The position numbers and the translations under genes are program-made. Under the pieces are notes generated by a model, which saw only the letters and a list, made by a program, of their open reading frames with translations, had not been told where the DNA came from and ran no database searches. This document shows positions 12,061 through 25,730 of a DNA stretch of 64,000 nucleotides, one piece after another; within the stretch, counting starts at the first letter, position 1, and each line of letters starts with the position of its first letter. Source of the stretch: Utricularia gibba (Eukaryota > Plantae > Magnoliophyta); assembly GCA_002189035.1 (NCBI GenBank), contig NEEC01000008.1, positions 682,001 through 746,000 on the forward strand, read 5' to 3'.

Positions 12061-14360
12061 TTAAAATGAAACCTGTCCCAGAAGCCTGCTAATGACGTCT
12101 TCCCCTTCATAGTGATCATTGAAAAAGTAGTTGTGGATGTCATGGACCACAGGGAGCCCACTTGCAGCCTTGTTTCTTGAAGAACTATCACCTGTACATG
12201 TGGGAACCACCGAGGAGGAGGAGGGGGATGAGTTGTTTTTGGTCTCGGGACAAACTCCTGCTGCTGCTGCTCCTTCTCCTTGGTGTTCCAAATTCCCTCC
12301 TCCTCCTCCTCTTCTATCCAACGCATCGTAGCTAGACATAAAGCTTCCTATAGATACCAGCATTCCCGACTTCATCCCTTCATCTGGAGTAGTCGCATTG
12401 GTAGTAGACAGGCCCATGTTTCTCCAACTTGTGTTACTCACAGGACATAATCTGCTGCTACCTGGGAATTCCGAGCCCTGTTCCCTTGCAAAAGCCAATG
12501 GCTGGGAAGCAGAGGCGCCCAAATTCTGGAGGTGAAGGTTTCCAAATCCACCATGGCCTGCAGCTGCACTAGAAGTTCCTGGAGGCATAGGATTCAAGAC
12601 ACTGGCATCACTCAAGAGGTGCGGGTAAGGTTGAGCCCTGACCGGTGGTTGAACCATCTGAGGCAAACTACTTTGGTTTGAAGAATGTGAAGGAATAAGC
12701 ATGGACATATTTATGTTACTAAATGGCTGCTCAGATTGATGGTGCAAAGCAGCAGCAAGTTGCTTAGAATCTATACTTGTTGGGATCCCATGCAGAAGCT
12801 TATTGCTGCAGTCACTCTGTTGTAAGAAACCAAGTGCTGGATTTTCCGAGCTGAAAATTGTTCTCTGTCCCATGGCACCACCCCGTGGAGAGAGCTGACC
12901 ACCGGCAGCAAAGGGTGGATAATCAAAACCATGGAGAGTCCCAAATGCTGAATCGAATGCACTTGCAACTCCATTGCGTTGTGACAAACTTAGTTTTCTC
13001 AGGTAAATGCGATACTTCTGCAGAATTAACACATACTCGAGTAAGGTAACTAGACACAAACTAACTAAAGAGATGGGTTCCCAAACCTGAAGGTGGCTAG
13101 CCACATTCTCTCTTGTAAGTCCAGGGACATTCATTAGTTCCAGAATTTTCTTGGGCACAGCTTCTGCAACAGGCATCAAAAGATGATGGCTATGAAATGA
13201 TTTAACAGGGAATGAATGTGCAATGGGTAAACAGCTTACTGTCAATTCCCAGTTGATTAACAGCATTCACAAATTGAAGATGGAGCTCAGAAGTCCAAAC
13301 CACCCGCGGTTTCTTCAGAGTAGACGATTCATCCCTTTCTTGGTATTCGTCCTCCTCTTCTTCCTTCCTCTTCTTGGAACTACCACCTTTCCAATGAGCT
13401 TCATTTACTGAAGAGATGTTATCAACATCTTCTGATTGTCTTTGAGCTCTATCCCCATCTTCACTTCCAGAATGCTCCTTGGATCCCTGCTTCTTTCGAC
13501 GAACCACGTGCTGCCAAATATTCTTCAGTGCCTCCATGCTGATTGGTTTTATGAGATAATCGCAGGCGCCATGTGTGACTCCCTTCATCACAACATCTTT
13601 GCTATCGTCTGCTGACATCACTGACAAGCAGGAGAGCATGTGACAACATCCCCTCATACTCAAACACTACAAGGAGAAGAACTGAAGGAGGGACTACTTA
13701 CTGATGACAGGAAGTTCCATCTCCAGACCAACGTGCTTGAGAAGATTGAATCCATCCATGTCTGGCATGTGGACATCACTTAGAACAATATCGTATCCAT
13801 CCTTGTGATCTCTTAGTAACTTCAAAGCATCCTCTGCTCGGCTACATTTGGTCACTGACAGTAGATGCAGAAGACGGTTCAGATAGAATACTCCACACCG
13901 GAAAAACTAAAGGGGTGGGGGGAGGGGGTGTCAAAAGCCACCAAAACATCACAGAGTCGACCAACCGTAGAAAAAAACATATTTTGAAGACCATTCATCC
14001 CGGGGTTGTCTTAGTAATAATCTCCAACAGTTTACAGAACATCCAACTCAATAGAACAGCAAACAGGCAGCAGTATCGGATCTACTATATCGAACAACAG
14101 TAACTAAAAAGGGGCAGAGCGCATGTACGTTGTAATTGGAATAAGAGCGGGCTCACGAAACCAAGTGCGTGGTTTTACATACAACCTTTATAGTGGCAAT
14201 TGATGAGCATCTTCTCCAAGATCTTCAGACACGTAAGGTCATCATCTACTACGAGAACTCTGAGGCCAGCGGGAAACTGTCTCGGAACTCCGTCAGCGGA
14301 CTTCTTCCGAGAAACACAAGAGCCAGCGAAAGACATGGGCTTCTTGGCTACAAGACTCAT
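12061..14360 (-). CDS. Type-B response regulator (ARR1/ARR2-like): receiver plus GARP domain
   Basis: Exons 14186-14360, 13702-13854, 13240-13620, 13087-13163, and 13017 down to 12061. A short terminal exon 11919-12014 is possible. Motifs [48 protein letters not shown]. Confidence 0.93.
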
Positions 14361-15414
14361 TCTTTTATCAGCAGAAAGCAAAAAGATCCGAGATTTACAT
14401 TGAGTGGGCTCTGCTAAAACCACCCAAGATGAAATATAACAATCGGCTTTAAAAAAAATGGCGTTGGTTTTGGGTGATGAAGAGAGAAGAGAGATGGGAT
14501 GAGTAAACAGGGAAGAAAAAGATGGCAGCTTCTATATACGGGAGTCTGAGCTCTGCAGACACGGAAGAAAGCTCTCTCCTTTTGCCGTTCCCGTTTCCTT
14601 CCCCTCAACTAAGGAACAATTTGGAATTTGTAGTAAAGGCAATTTAGTTAAGCATGAAGACGAATATTTTGGTGCCATCAATTGGTTACCTAATATCACG
14701 GAAAGATCTTCTTTCCCTTTGGAAATAATTTCAGTATGAACACTGAGTGATGCTGCCATAAAACAAAAAGATTCACCAGAATCATTAACCACTGTTTTCC
14801 AGTTTTAAAGAAATGCGTAGGTAGGTCAACGTGTTTGAAAAATATACTACGCTACGCCGGAGGTCCCGACATTGATGACCGGAAAACGGTGGTCCGTCTT
14901 CGAGCTCTCGTTTTTCCAACCCCCTTTGTATAAACAAACCCCCCACTAGGCACTCGGGGCCGCTGATAAATGTCTTGAGTTGAAATTCGCAGACGCGCCC
15001 GAGATTTTAGATGTTCGCCATCATTTCATGCGTTGTATGGCGCTTCTTAACCGGTTTGAAGAAAGGAGTGAGATAATATACCATGCGTAGGAGCGAAACC
15101 AGAGGGGGGTGGGGGATCGCCGTTGTTCTTGGTACAGAATGACGAAGAAAGGAGTGAGATGTAACATGGCCAGGGAAACTACCGCGGTGGTGGATGGTGG
15201 TGCCGCTCCGATGGGATTTTTTGTGGGGTTGATGCATTGCATTGGCATGTGATGGGATTTTGAGTTGGTCCACAAAAGATCCACCAACACCTACCTACCT
15301 TGGAAACATAACATCATTCCAACAACAAAACACTTGGTACCAGGTTCATAATTCAAGACACGTCCTCCTCATAAAAGGACTCGTTGCATTATTTATTTGG
15401 GGCCTCGTGTGAGC

Positions 15415-15430
15415 AGAGAGAGAGAGAGAG
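15415..15430. repeat. (AG)8 microsatellite upstream of the ARR gene
   Basis: agagagagagagagag seen directly. Confidence 0.8.
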
Positions 15431-16899
15431 CATCCATGAAAAAAAAACTCCGAATAGAAGGGATGTCGGAAAGGGACATTTCTCCTCTATCCCTCAAATC
15501 AAGAACTGAGGTGAGGATCATCTGAAGATGCGATTTGTAGTGTTGGGAGTTCATTCATGTTAATTAATTTTGTTGCATTGATCCTACCGGACTAAGAGTA
15601 AGGGGGCATCTCCTCCTCTGGCTCGCTGGATGCTGCACTGGGCTGCGTCTGAAAAAGAAAGAGAGCAGTAGCAGGTAGCCAGCCTCGCATTTGTCTCAAT
15701 CAGGTGTCTCCACGTCTCAAGATGATTGGAAACAAGGCAGGCGTAGCTCTCTACTCTGAGAGTAAGGTGAGAATTAAGGTACTAATGACTCTTCTTTCCA
15801 TAAGAAGAGGAGCAAGCAATTAAACTGCTTGCATTTGGTTATAGTTTTAGTTCAGAGCAGACAGGCGTGCCTTCTTGAGTGGAATGGAAACTGAAAAAGC
15901 AAGTACTTGTATTCTCTGAATCCCATCCCTCCCACTCACAGCACAGCCAAGCACAGAAACTCTGAGCACTGAACTCAACTGGCTCATTTTTTTTTTCTAT
16001 TTTCCAGCAGCAGGCAGGAAAGATTCCCTTTCCAGGCTGGGCTTTGTTTTGAAAGCAAAGTAGGAGGAGTAGGAGTAGAGTGAGTTCCGCGCCATCCCGG
16101 TCGTCTAACTTCTTACTGGAGCATCCTGGAATGCAATTGCGATGCGGCCATGGCAGGAGAGCCCCACTGCCAGTCACGTCCCCGGTTCCCTTCGAGTCTA
16201 CGCTAAAAAATAACGACTGTGGAGAAATTTTTCACTGTCACAATGTTTTACCGCTCTTCTAAGTAAAATTTCAAGACATTGGAGTGTTTTGCATTACTTA
16301 TAACAAAACTTATAACAAATTAACTTACTAGTAGTAACTAAGATTTAATTTAAAGTAAATAAAAAATAGAAATTATTTATTTTAAGTTACTATAAAAGTT
16401 TTAAATAAAAATTAAGTGTGTTTTATATAATTTTCAAAATTTATATATAAAAGTCTAAACATTCTTATGTGCATATAAATATTTTTAATACTATAACTTA
16501 TATTTATTATTTCTATATAATTATAATTCAATGTTTTTAAGTTATGTATATACATATATATAATTAATAATTATTTTTTTCTAAATATTTTAATATATTT
16601 ATTAATATTTATGTAGTTATATGAATTGTAAATGTAAAAAAATAATATCAACACAAATTTCATTTAATTATAATAACATGCATAATAAATGATAAATTAA
16701 CTTACATAAATTTTGAAAACAACAAAAAATAAACTAAAATTGATACTATGAAACATTTTTAATTCATTGTACTAATTGATGCACATATTACATCACGTAA
16801 AACATTCTTATATCTATCTTGAATTGAGAATGCAAAAGCTTTTATTGCTGATAAAGCTATTTGAGTATTATATGATAGAGTTTAATTATTAGTTTCAAC

Positions 16900-17640
16900 A
16901 CGTAAAGAATCCATATCATTTGAATCAACTCTCTTGATAAATTGTAAATTGCAATAGTTGCTTGTGCAATAATTATTTGATCTTGTCATAAAAATCTAAA
17001 GAAAGTTTGTTAACCATGTCAAATTTTACCTTCCATACCCTATAACAAACGCAATGAAAAATGTCAATATTTATACATTCTATAGGATTTCTAACTCGTG
17101 AATTAGTATGATACTCTTCCAAATGGTACATTTGACCTCTACATGATATAAAAAAATATAGTATTCATGTACCTAGAATCAGTAAGATAAAACTTACCCA
17201 ATAATTACAATGGAAAATTATTATCTGATGAACGTATAACGCATGATAATATTGAACTATCATGCATTTGTCCTTATATATTGAAGCTACAAAAATGCAA
17301 AGCATATTAGAGTTGCTCGCTGCCAAAATCTATGTGGTCTCAAGGTATAGACTAAAAAAGGAACGTCTATCTTTCTTTTTAATTATTGCAAGAATGTGAT
17401 ACCATCAATGATACCGAATACATCTTGAAAATGAGGCCAAAATAGAGAATCATTTCCTATTTTTTGTAAGTGAAGTCAACATATCACTCGTTGGGAATAT
17501 AAATTCAAAAGTTATATTTGCACAAACATTAAGAACTGCACGAAAACTTTCATTTTCATTATATAAAAAATGTTGAAACTATTCTTGAAACCAATTGATG
17601 GGATTGGAAATCAATATATGCTGCATGGAGTAGGTGAGAG
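16900..17640 (-). pseudogene. Harbinger DDE transposase relic
   Basis: PHFQDVFGIIDG (PYFKDCIGAIDGTH), GKFYLTDSRY (GKYYLVDSGY), SRVRNPIEC..VWKVK, QIIIAQATIAIYN. Many stops and frameshifts. Boundaries approximate. Confidence 0.75.
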
Positions 17641-19049
17641 GACAAGTTACACCCCCCTCGAAATAAGGGGGAATGAGAAGCATTAGTCGAATAACATCAT
17701 CAGCATCAAATTGGAAAAACTGAACACGACACAAGGTGGTAACAGAAATCTATCATAGCAAGAGAATACCTAATTGGGTGTCATAGAACGAAATTAGCTA
17801 AAAGGCATTTGCTAGATTCTGATAATCGACAAATTGGATGGTCATTTGTAGGGGCAGCAAAAGGGTATTATCAAGCCCTGATCGTTTCAATAAAATTTGA
17901 AAAGTGACTGACTTGTAAGATTGAAAAACATGCGACGGTTATGTGTCAGCAGGATCACATGTACGACCGACTTACCTGCCAAGTGCAGAAAGCAACTGAC
18001 ATTCATAGAAATCGATCGATCTAACTTCCTCTATAAATAAGAGAACGTTTGAAGAGAAAAATATTTTGTATTATTGATAATCATTATAAACCTCTTTTTT
18101 TTTTCTCTTCTTAGTGAAACCCGTTTTTTTGGTGAGCTCCCTATTTCGATAAGATATTCTTACAAAAATAAAGTGGTAAATTTTAAGAATGAATTACACT
18201 AGTGCCATTATATAAGAAACTATTTTAGCATTTGGAGCATCAACTTTGTCCTTAGAATTATCAGTATATGGGAAAGAATTGCTAGAAGAAGACATGGATG
18301 CTTAGTATTTGAAAATGATACATAATGCTAATTTTATAAATGAAAAAAGGTAGAATATTTGTAAGAAATCACATAGAATAGTTGCAGAAAAGTATATGTA
18401 ATTGTCGTAGAAAATCAAATACAACTCTTAAAGCATATGGATTTGATGTAGAAAAACACATGGAATTATTAAAGAAAAACAAATTCTATCAAGTATCCAC
18501 ATGAAATAATACAACTTTAAATAAAATGGTGTTCTTGCTATATTTAAAATTCACCTATTAATATTAAAAAAAAACTAGTTTAAATTAGTACTTTTCTATG
18601 CTTTGATAAATATCAATAATTCTTCATTACTTGTCATACTCATAAAGATCACGATAAATACTTTTGCTAAAAGCCAATGCAACAACTCCAAGCACATTTG
18701 GTTCCTCTAGTGACTCTAGAATTTTCCTCTCACTATATCTAAGCAATCTACAATCAAAGATAACTTTGATCTTTGAAACATAAATGAATAAAATATTTTT
18801 TAATTGATTTGTTAAAGCAGCAACTCACTTGGTTAACTTTTCTCTTATTTCTTTAATGGTTCTTCTTTGATGTTTGCTTCTCACATTAGCATTGTTTGCA
18901 CCAACTTTCACATTTTCCTAAATTCTAATGAGTTAGAAACAAATTTTTATAATACATCAATAATTTAGATAATCATATTCTTGTTGTGGACTACCATAAA
19001 ATGATGATTGTTCATTTTTTCGAATATCAATATTATTGAAAAGGAACCT

Positions 19050-19500
19050 TGCTATTTCACGTATTCCATGCCAAGTCAGTTGTTGTAGTCACCGATGTGA
19101 AGATAACATTTTGTAAGGCAGGATAAATAAGTGGATTGATCTTGAATTTTTTGCATCTTGGCATCTTCTAATAAATTGAAAATAATTGAGTTATAATATA
19201 TTTATCATTTATGCATAAGTGTAAATAAAAAAAAATCACCTTGATCATTCTTAATCATCATTCATATGTTCTAGTTATGATTTCCAAGTTGTCATCTCAC
19301 TTCCAGTTGTCTTTTAAAACTTAATCCATATAGATCAAACTTTTTTCATTGTATTTAATTTATTCTTCAATTTTTCACATAACGATTACCCATCCTTTTA
19401 TTGAACTCCTTCAAAATTCCATACCAGCTTTGAGAATGTTCCAAGCATATTGTGTTGCATAAACTTGATGTATGCAAGCTTCTAAAAATATATGAGTTGC
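19050..19500 (-). pseudogene. Harbinger Myb/SANT-like DNA-binding protein relic
   Basis: EFNKRMGNRY, LKNKLNTMKK and TTDLAWN fragments in the expected order. Boundaries approximate. Confidence 0.6.
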
Positions 19501-20879
19501 ATTTTCATTTAAGTAGAACTGGAGTTAGGTGAAAATGGTCCTTATTTATCCATTTGTTCTTTGTATTGATAAATGGTTATTATGTCATTCAACTATAAAT
19601 ATCCAATGGTGTTTCAAATGCATTTTCAAGAACAAAAATAAAGTAACAATTATCAAAACAAAAAAAGATCCTAAAACTTACTAATTCTATTATCAATTAA
19701 TAGAACTCATAGCAAACTAATGACTATTCTAGTTAGCAAGATTTTTTAAATTATTAATTATATATGTTGTATTCTAACATCTCCCACAAACAATTGAAAA
19801 TAAATGAATTGAATATTGTGTTTTAAATCAAAACTCAATTCTAAAATCATTATCAAATCACCAACGAGACTGAATTTTATATTTAAGTATTCATCCATAT
19901 CAATTAAATTTCATATTTAAATAAACACTCATTTCGTATATTGAAACATCAGCATAAGTGTCACAAGTAAGAATTCTGAAATTTTATATTTTAATATCGG
20001 AACATTTAAATAATTTCATAAGAATTTGTTCATTTATTAAGTAATTATTTACCTACTTTTAAAAACTACTTATAATTCATGATTTATAAGAATTTACTAC
20101 TTATAATTTCAGTAAGTTATTTATAAATAATGTAAAACACCCTCAATATTGAAAGTATCCTCTTTATGAATATTGTAAAATTGTAAACAAATGAATTTAG
20201 AGAAATTACTACTCTTTCAAGTAAAAAAAAATTCCTCTAAATTCATATAATGATATTTTGTATGAAAAATTATCATATCTAACTCTAAATCTTTAGAGAT
20301 TTTCACGAAGAGACATAGCATTGAATCTTGGAAAATAAATGTTATATTTTCATTATCTATATTTAATAGAAATTAATATTATTAATAAGAGATTCATATG
20401 ACAAACTATCTAAAAATTAAAGAAAACTTAAAAGAGAACTTACAATATCTTGACTTGATAAATCTTATAGATCTAAACAAATTACAATATCTAAGAAATA
20501 TGATATAAACATGGCCGCTGTAGTGGGCATTTTACATTAGAGACTTACTAAGAACATTTTTAACAAAGTGAAATAATGTAAAACACCCAAAAAGACAAGT
20601 TGAACTCTATGAAGTAGTAAAAATTATGAATTGTAAAAACATACTTAAAGATTTTGAGAGAATCAAGATATTTCTATAAGAACAACAAATCTCACATCGC
20701 AAAATGAATAGTAGAGTACATAAGAAGTTATGGATCATTAGTAATTGATTAGGTCTAATTTTTTCTAATGTGATTCACGTTTTTAGTATATTTGGGTTTC
20801 ATATGTGCACTCGCTCGATCCATCAAATCTTCAATTTCAACATAGTATTAGAGTATTTACCTTGTGGCATGGCTTGGGT

Positions 20880-22891
20880 GACCAAGATGGGTTTCTCTTT
20901 TTCCCACAATGGTGGAAATTGAGGAAGGTGCACAAGGTCTTTACACTCTCCTAACGTTGTGTTACCCAACATTTCTGTACAAAGAACACATTCCATGACA
21001 ACAAGGTCTCAAGTTGGCATCCTCAAACCGATTCTGAAGTATGTTCTCTATGTGAAGCAACATTACTCTGTTCCATCATAATCCAAAATGGTTCGAGAGG
21101 CACTTAATCATTCGGGATGGAAGGGCTCCATGGATGATGAAATGGATGCACTTAAGAAGAATAATGCATGGACTTTAGTTCCACGTGTTGAGGGAATTCA
21201 TGTGATTGAGTGTCGATGGATCTATAAAGCAAAGCTGAACCTAGATACAACTCTTGATTGTTTGAAGGCTGGACTCATCGCCAAGGGATATAATTAGATG
21301 GATGGAATTGATTACACAGATACATTTTCACCTATTGTGTGACCAGGTACGATTCGACTTCTCATTTCTATTGCACTTGCGGACAATAGGGAAATCAGAT
21401 AGTTTAATATCAAGAATGTCTTTTTACATAGTGAAATTTAAGAAGGTATATATATGTAACAACCACTAGATATGAAAAATAAAAAACTTTCCAACACATG
21501 TTTGTAAGCTTAACAGGGGATTGTATGGATTAAAACAAGTACATAAAGCTTTGCTTTGATAGGTTTAGCTCTTTTCTTTTGCAATTATGCTTTTTATGCA
21601 TCTTTCTTGATCTCTCACTATTTGTGGCTCATATCGGGAGTGAAATATTAGCATTGCTTCTTTATATTGATGATATCTTTGTCACATGGACAGCTCTCCA
21701 TCTCATACATGACCTCATTGAAGTACCTTGGACCGTTGCATCAATTTCTTGAAGTGTACGTGCCACACTTAAACCAAACTCATTATGCTCTTTCTGTTTT
21801 GGACAGGTTTGGATTAAAAGATTGCAAGTATGTGGTGATGCCACAAGCACTGAAGTTCAAAACCGCTCAAGAGAAAAGGAAACTCAAGGATCCAACACCT
21901 TTTAGGGCATTGGTTGGAACCTTGCAATATCTCACGTTCACACAACCATATATCACACATACTGTGAATTATGTGTCCTTGTCTATGCAAGACCCCAACT
22001 ACATACCATCAAATTCAAGCCAATCGGATTTTACTCTATGCCAAAGGGACATTGAATCTTGGATTCCTATATTCACGGGACTCACCGTTACGTCTTGAGG
22101 CATACTCAGATGCAAACTGTCCTAATTGCCCTCTCACAAGATGCTCGATCACTTGATATTGTGTGTTTCTTGTACAAATACAACCTTCTGGTGTTCAAAG
22201 AAGCATCAAACGGTATCAAGATCTAGCACTGAAGCGGAATATAGAGCAATGGCTCACATAACATCAAAGGTAACCTAGTTGCAGTTTGTGCTAAAAGAAC
22301 TGAAGGTCAAGCTGGATCGCTCACCTATACTACATTGCGACAATTTGAGTGCACTTCATCTCACAGTAAATCTGGTTTTTCATACTAGAAACAAGCATAT
22401 AGAGATACCACTTTGTTCGAGAATGTGTGACGATGAGATATCTAGTAACTCAACATATCTCTACACTATATCAGCTTGTAGATTTCTTCACTAAAAGACT
22501 ATCCTCAACAAGACTCACCTCTCTCAACAGCAAACTTGGGCTTACCTCAACATCAAGTTTGAATGAGGGTGTAGAAGAGAAGAAATCAAAGGAGTGATAA
22601 AGTGATAGTAGAAAAAAGTGCACTAATTTCTTAGAGATGAGTTACAAAAAGAACACTGTCACTAGCTCTTGGATAAAGAGGAATTGATTGAGTGTGTTAG
22701 CTACAATCATGGAAGGTCATAATAGTAAGAGGAAGACTAGGCTTGATTAACGGATCTGAAACCAATTGTCATTATATTTAAGTGTATTAAAACCATTGTT
22801 TTAATGTGCAGTGAATAAACATTCCTTTCCCTTACGTGTTGTGCATGCCCTCTTCTTTTGGTCTAGAAGTGCCAAATGAATCAATCCAACA
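20880..22891 (+). mobile_element. 5'-truncated Copia: RT-RNaseH relic and probable 3' LTR (about 22570-22891)
   Basis: EMDALKKNNAWTLVPR..CRWIYKAK, ALVGTLQYLTFTQPYI, AYSDANC, LHCDNLSALHL..N.VFH.R.KHIE. Purine tract GAATGAGGG is followed by TGTAGAAG...CCAACA. Confidence 0.8.
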
Positions 22892-25150
22892 ATTCAATGA
22901 AAAACTTCAAAGTTGCTGAGTGATATAAGAGCCTTAACTAGTGATTCAAAGGAAGCAAAAGTGGTTAATAGCCATAGATGCCAAAATTATGTAGTATTGA
23001 AATAATCGTAGAAGTGATAAAGATAAGATATAACCTATTTTTATGGAATTAATAGGAAGACTTCAATTCTCCAAAAAATGAATGGTCCTAAGAGAATCAA
23101 ATACAAATAAAATATTTAGAAAAGAAGTTGATTTGATGACCATAGATGCAAAATGTTATAGCAAGAATATTGATCCTAAAATAAACATTACAAGTGAAGG
23201 CAACAAAATGTCAGAAGGGCAAATAAAATCATTTCTTGAAGAAAAATGTTAGTTTCATGGAAAAAATAATAATAGGATATAAGTATATTGGACTAAGAAA
23301 GAAAATATATATCAACACTATGATAAAGATACACACTTATCTGATTTGATGGCATCCTAACAAATGGATGCAAAGGACAAAAGTCAATAGTGAGAATATG
23401 CTCAAATAAAAAAAATCATTAGAGAAAGAAAAAGAATAATAGTTTATTTTATTTATGTACTATGAGAAAGAAAATAAATGCATATATGATACATCAAATA
23501 TTATAAAGGTTTTAATGATCACACATGAAAAAAAATGAAGGATTGTTTTCTAGATAGCAATGTTTCACAACATAAGTACAATAACATAAATTTTTTTACT
23601 GATTTATGGAAATGATATACTTAAAATGTTTTTGATTCAACTGAGTATACAATAAAAATTATAACAAGAGTAATAATAAATTTCCTTTGAAAAATAGTTT
23701 TATATCTATTGAAAATGTGTGTCATGCTCCAAATTTGATATAGAATTTCCTAAAAATAGATAAATGAAAATTGGAACAAGGCTTCATGTGTTGAGCTATT
23801 TGATAATGGAGTTCAAGTGAAATTTTTTAAAAATGAGCAATCCTTCACCGCTCATATTCTGAACATCAACATATTCAAGATCAAAACTTGTGAGTTATTT
23901 CATGTATTCAAAGCCTCAGACCTATGTATTAATAAGAAAATTCAAATTTATGATTGAGAAACAAATTAGATAGATAAATAAAAGAATGAGATTAAATAAC
24001 AATGTAGAATATATCTCTTCTTTATTAAAGGGTTATGTGAAAATGAGGATATTGTACACTCCATACTGTCCACATGGCTAGACACGTGTAATAAAAGCCC
24101 CCTATTACCATGCTAGAGACACTCATCCACAACTAAAAAGTTGGAATTGTAGCAAATGGATCTCACATCCATAATTGGATAACAGTACCATCGCTCTTTA
24201 TTTTAGGATTGTGTAAAATTAATGGAATTTTAAATACCAAATTGAATTTTATGTTATTGGTATTTGGGATTCAATATTGATATGTGATTTATAGATGATT
24301 CTCAAAAATTTTGGGATTTGATTTAGTATTAGAAGTAGTAAATATAATTTGATATATAGCAAATTTAAATTTTTATATTATTATTTAAATATATATTATT
24401 TGGATTGTATAATTTAGAAGACATTGAAGAAGATACTTTAGAGCAAGATAAATTTGAGAAAGGTAATTATCATGTTATTGGTTTTACTTTTACAGTCATA
24501 TATTATTGTTTTTTTATAGTATTTATCTAAATTAATATTGTGTTTGCTAAATCATATTATTTCAAAGATAGTGAAAATTTCTTCAATCACTTTGGAGTAA
24601 GAAGTTATGAGTTCTTCGTAGAATCTAAGTCATTGCATTTTATTTTGTGAAACTAAACTAATATTTTTTTATATTTTGAAGTTATATATATTTTGTTATG
24701 TATTTATTAAAAATATATTTTTTCGTTACCATGAATATGTTTGATGCATTTTATAAATAATATTTAATAAGATAAAAAATTTAGAACTTCATGAACCAAA
24801 TATCGAATACCGAAATAATTTCAATATTTGATATTTCAGTTGACACCTAATTTTGTTTGAATTTGATATATTATTTTTTATAAATTTCGGTATTTGGTTG
24901 GGTATGTCCAACACTAATAAACGTTCAGCCCTACTTTATTTGGCAATGTTGCTTAGCCTCTAGCCTCCATGAGTAAATGCATGGGCTTTATTCATCTACT
25001 ATTTACATGAACTAGGTTTCATCTAGCGTGCAAATTATGCATTCATTGGATGAAAGTGCAGTTGCACAGAAGCTTCTTGGCTGCTTCCGTGCAAAGCCAT
25101 GGCATATAAGTTTCTTCTGTACGTGTTTTGCATAAATTTTATTATTATTG

Positions 25151-25655
25151 TGATGGGATACAAATCGGGTATAATCAGCCGATCTCTGAAAAGCTGCCAA
25201 AAGATGTTCTGACATGATCGCGCCAGCCAACCACCGAACGTTGCAGGTCAGAGGCACAGTCTGAAAAGCGGCCGAATTGCGGTAGTGCAGACGGCGATCC
25301 TCTGAAAAGCATAATCGTAACGCAGGCACGAAAAGCAATCACCAACCCTAAAATTCAGGGGCTGTCAGTTCGGCCCCTCCTATAAGTAAGATGAATCCTA
25401 AGGAGAAAGGGATTGGCACCCCGAACTTCCCAACCTGTTTCTTATTTTTGCCACCCCCGTCTAGTGGAAATCTTCTTCGGCGAGCTCCGATAACTCCGTA
25501 GTTTTTCCGTCCTTCGGCGATTTCCACGTAAAAATCTTCGCTTACTCTTATTTCAACCGAACCAACCGAGAAAAACGCAATTAAGTGTGATATTCCCGAT
25601 TGCACTTATCACCCTAAAATCGGCCCCCCATCGGACATCGATTTTACCCACAATA
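25151..25655 (+). repeat. 5' LTR (505 bp) of the Tat element
   Basis: Starts TGATGGG after the TSD and ends ...TTTTACCCACAATA just before the PBS. Its last 30 bp recur at 33442-33471. Confidence 0.85.
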
Positions 25656-25658
25656 TTT

Positions 25659-25676
25659 TGGCGCCCACCGTGGGGC
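25659..25676 (+). other. Primer binding site complementary to the tRNA-Lys(CUU) 3' end
   Basis: TGGCGCCCACCGTGGGGC matches the reverse complement of the plant tRNA-Lys(CUU) 3' end as recalled. Confidence 0.8.
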
Positions 25677-25730
25677 AGATCTACAACCCCACTCGAGAAA
25701 TCCACGAGAGTCAATCACTAAGTGTTGATC

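Larger units (their letters stand above)
16281..20144 (-). mobile_element. Old, degenerate autonomous-type PIF/Harbinger DNA transposon
   Basis: Imperfect inverted ends GGAGTGTTTTGCATTACTTATAAC and TTATAAATAATGTAAAACACCCTC enclose Myb/SANT and DDE transposase relics in tandem. TSD not clear. A further similar right end lies at about 20572-20589. Confidence 0.6.

Noticed and set aside
15839-16262. ORFs and a transcript-like CT-rich stretch upstream of the ARR gene; possible pri-miRNA
   Set aside because: No domain, no match to conserved miRNAs I know, and no convincing long hairpin.
17640-18140. GC-richer LTR-like insert within the old Harbinger
   Set aside because: Could not define TG...CA ends or a TSD.
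24780-24916. MITE-like end (ttcggtatttgg...tgtccaacacta)
   Set aside because: No partner end or TSD identified.
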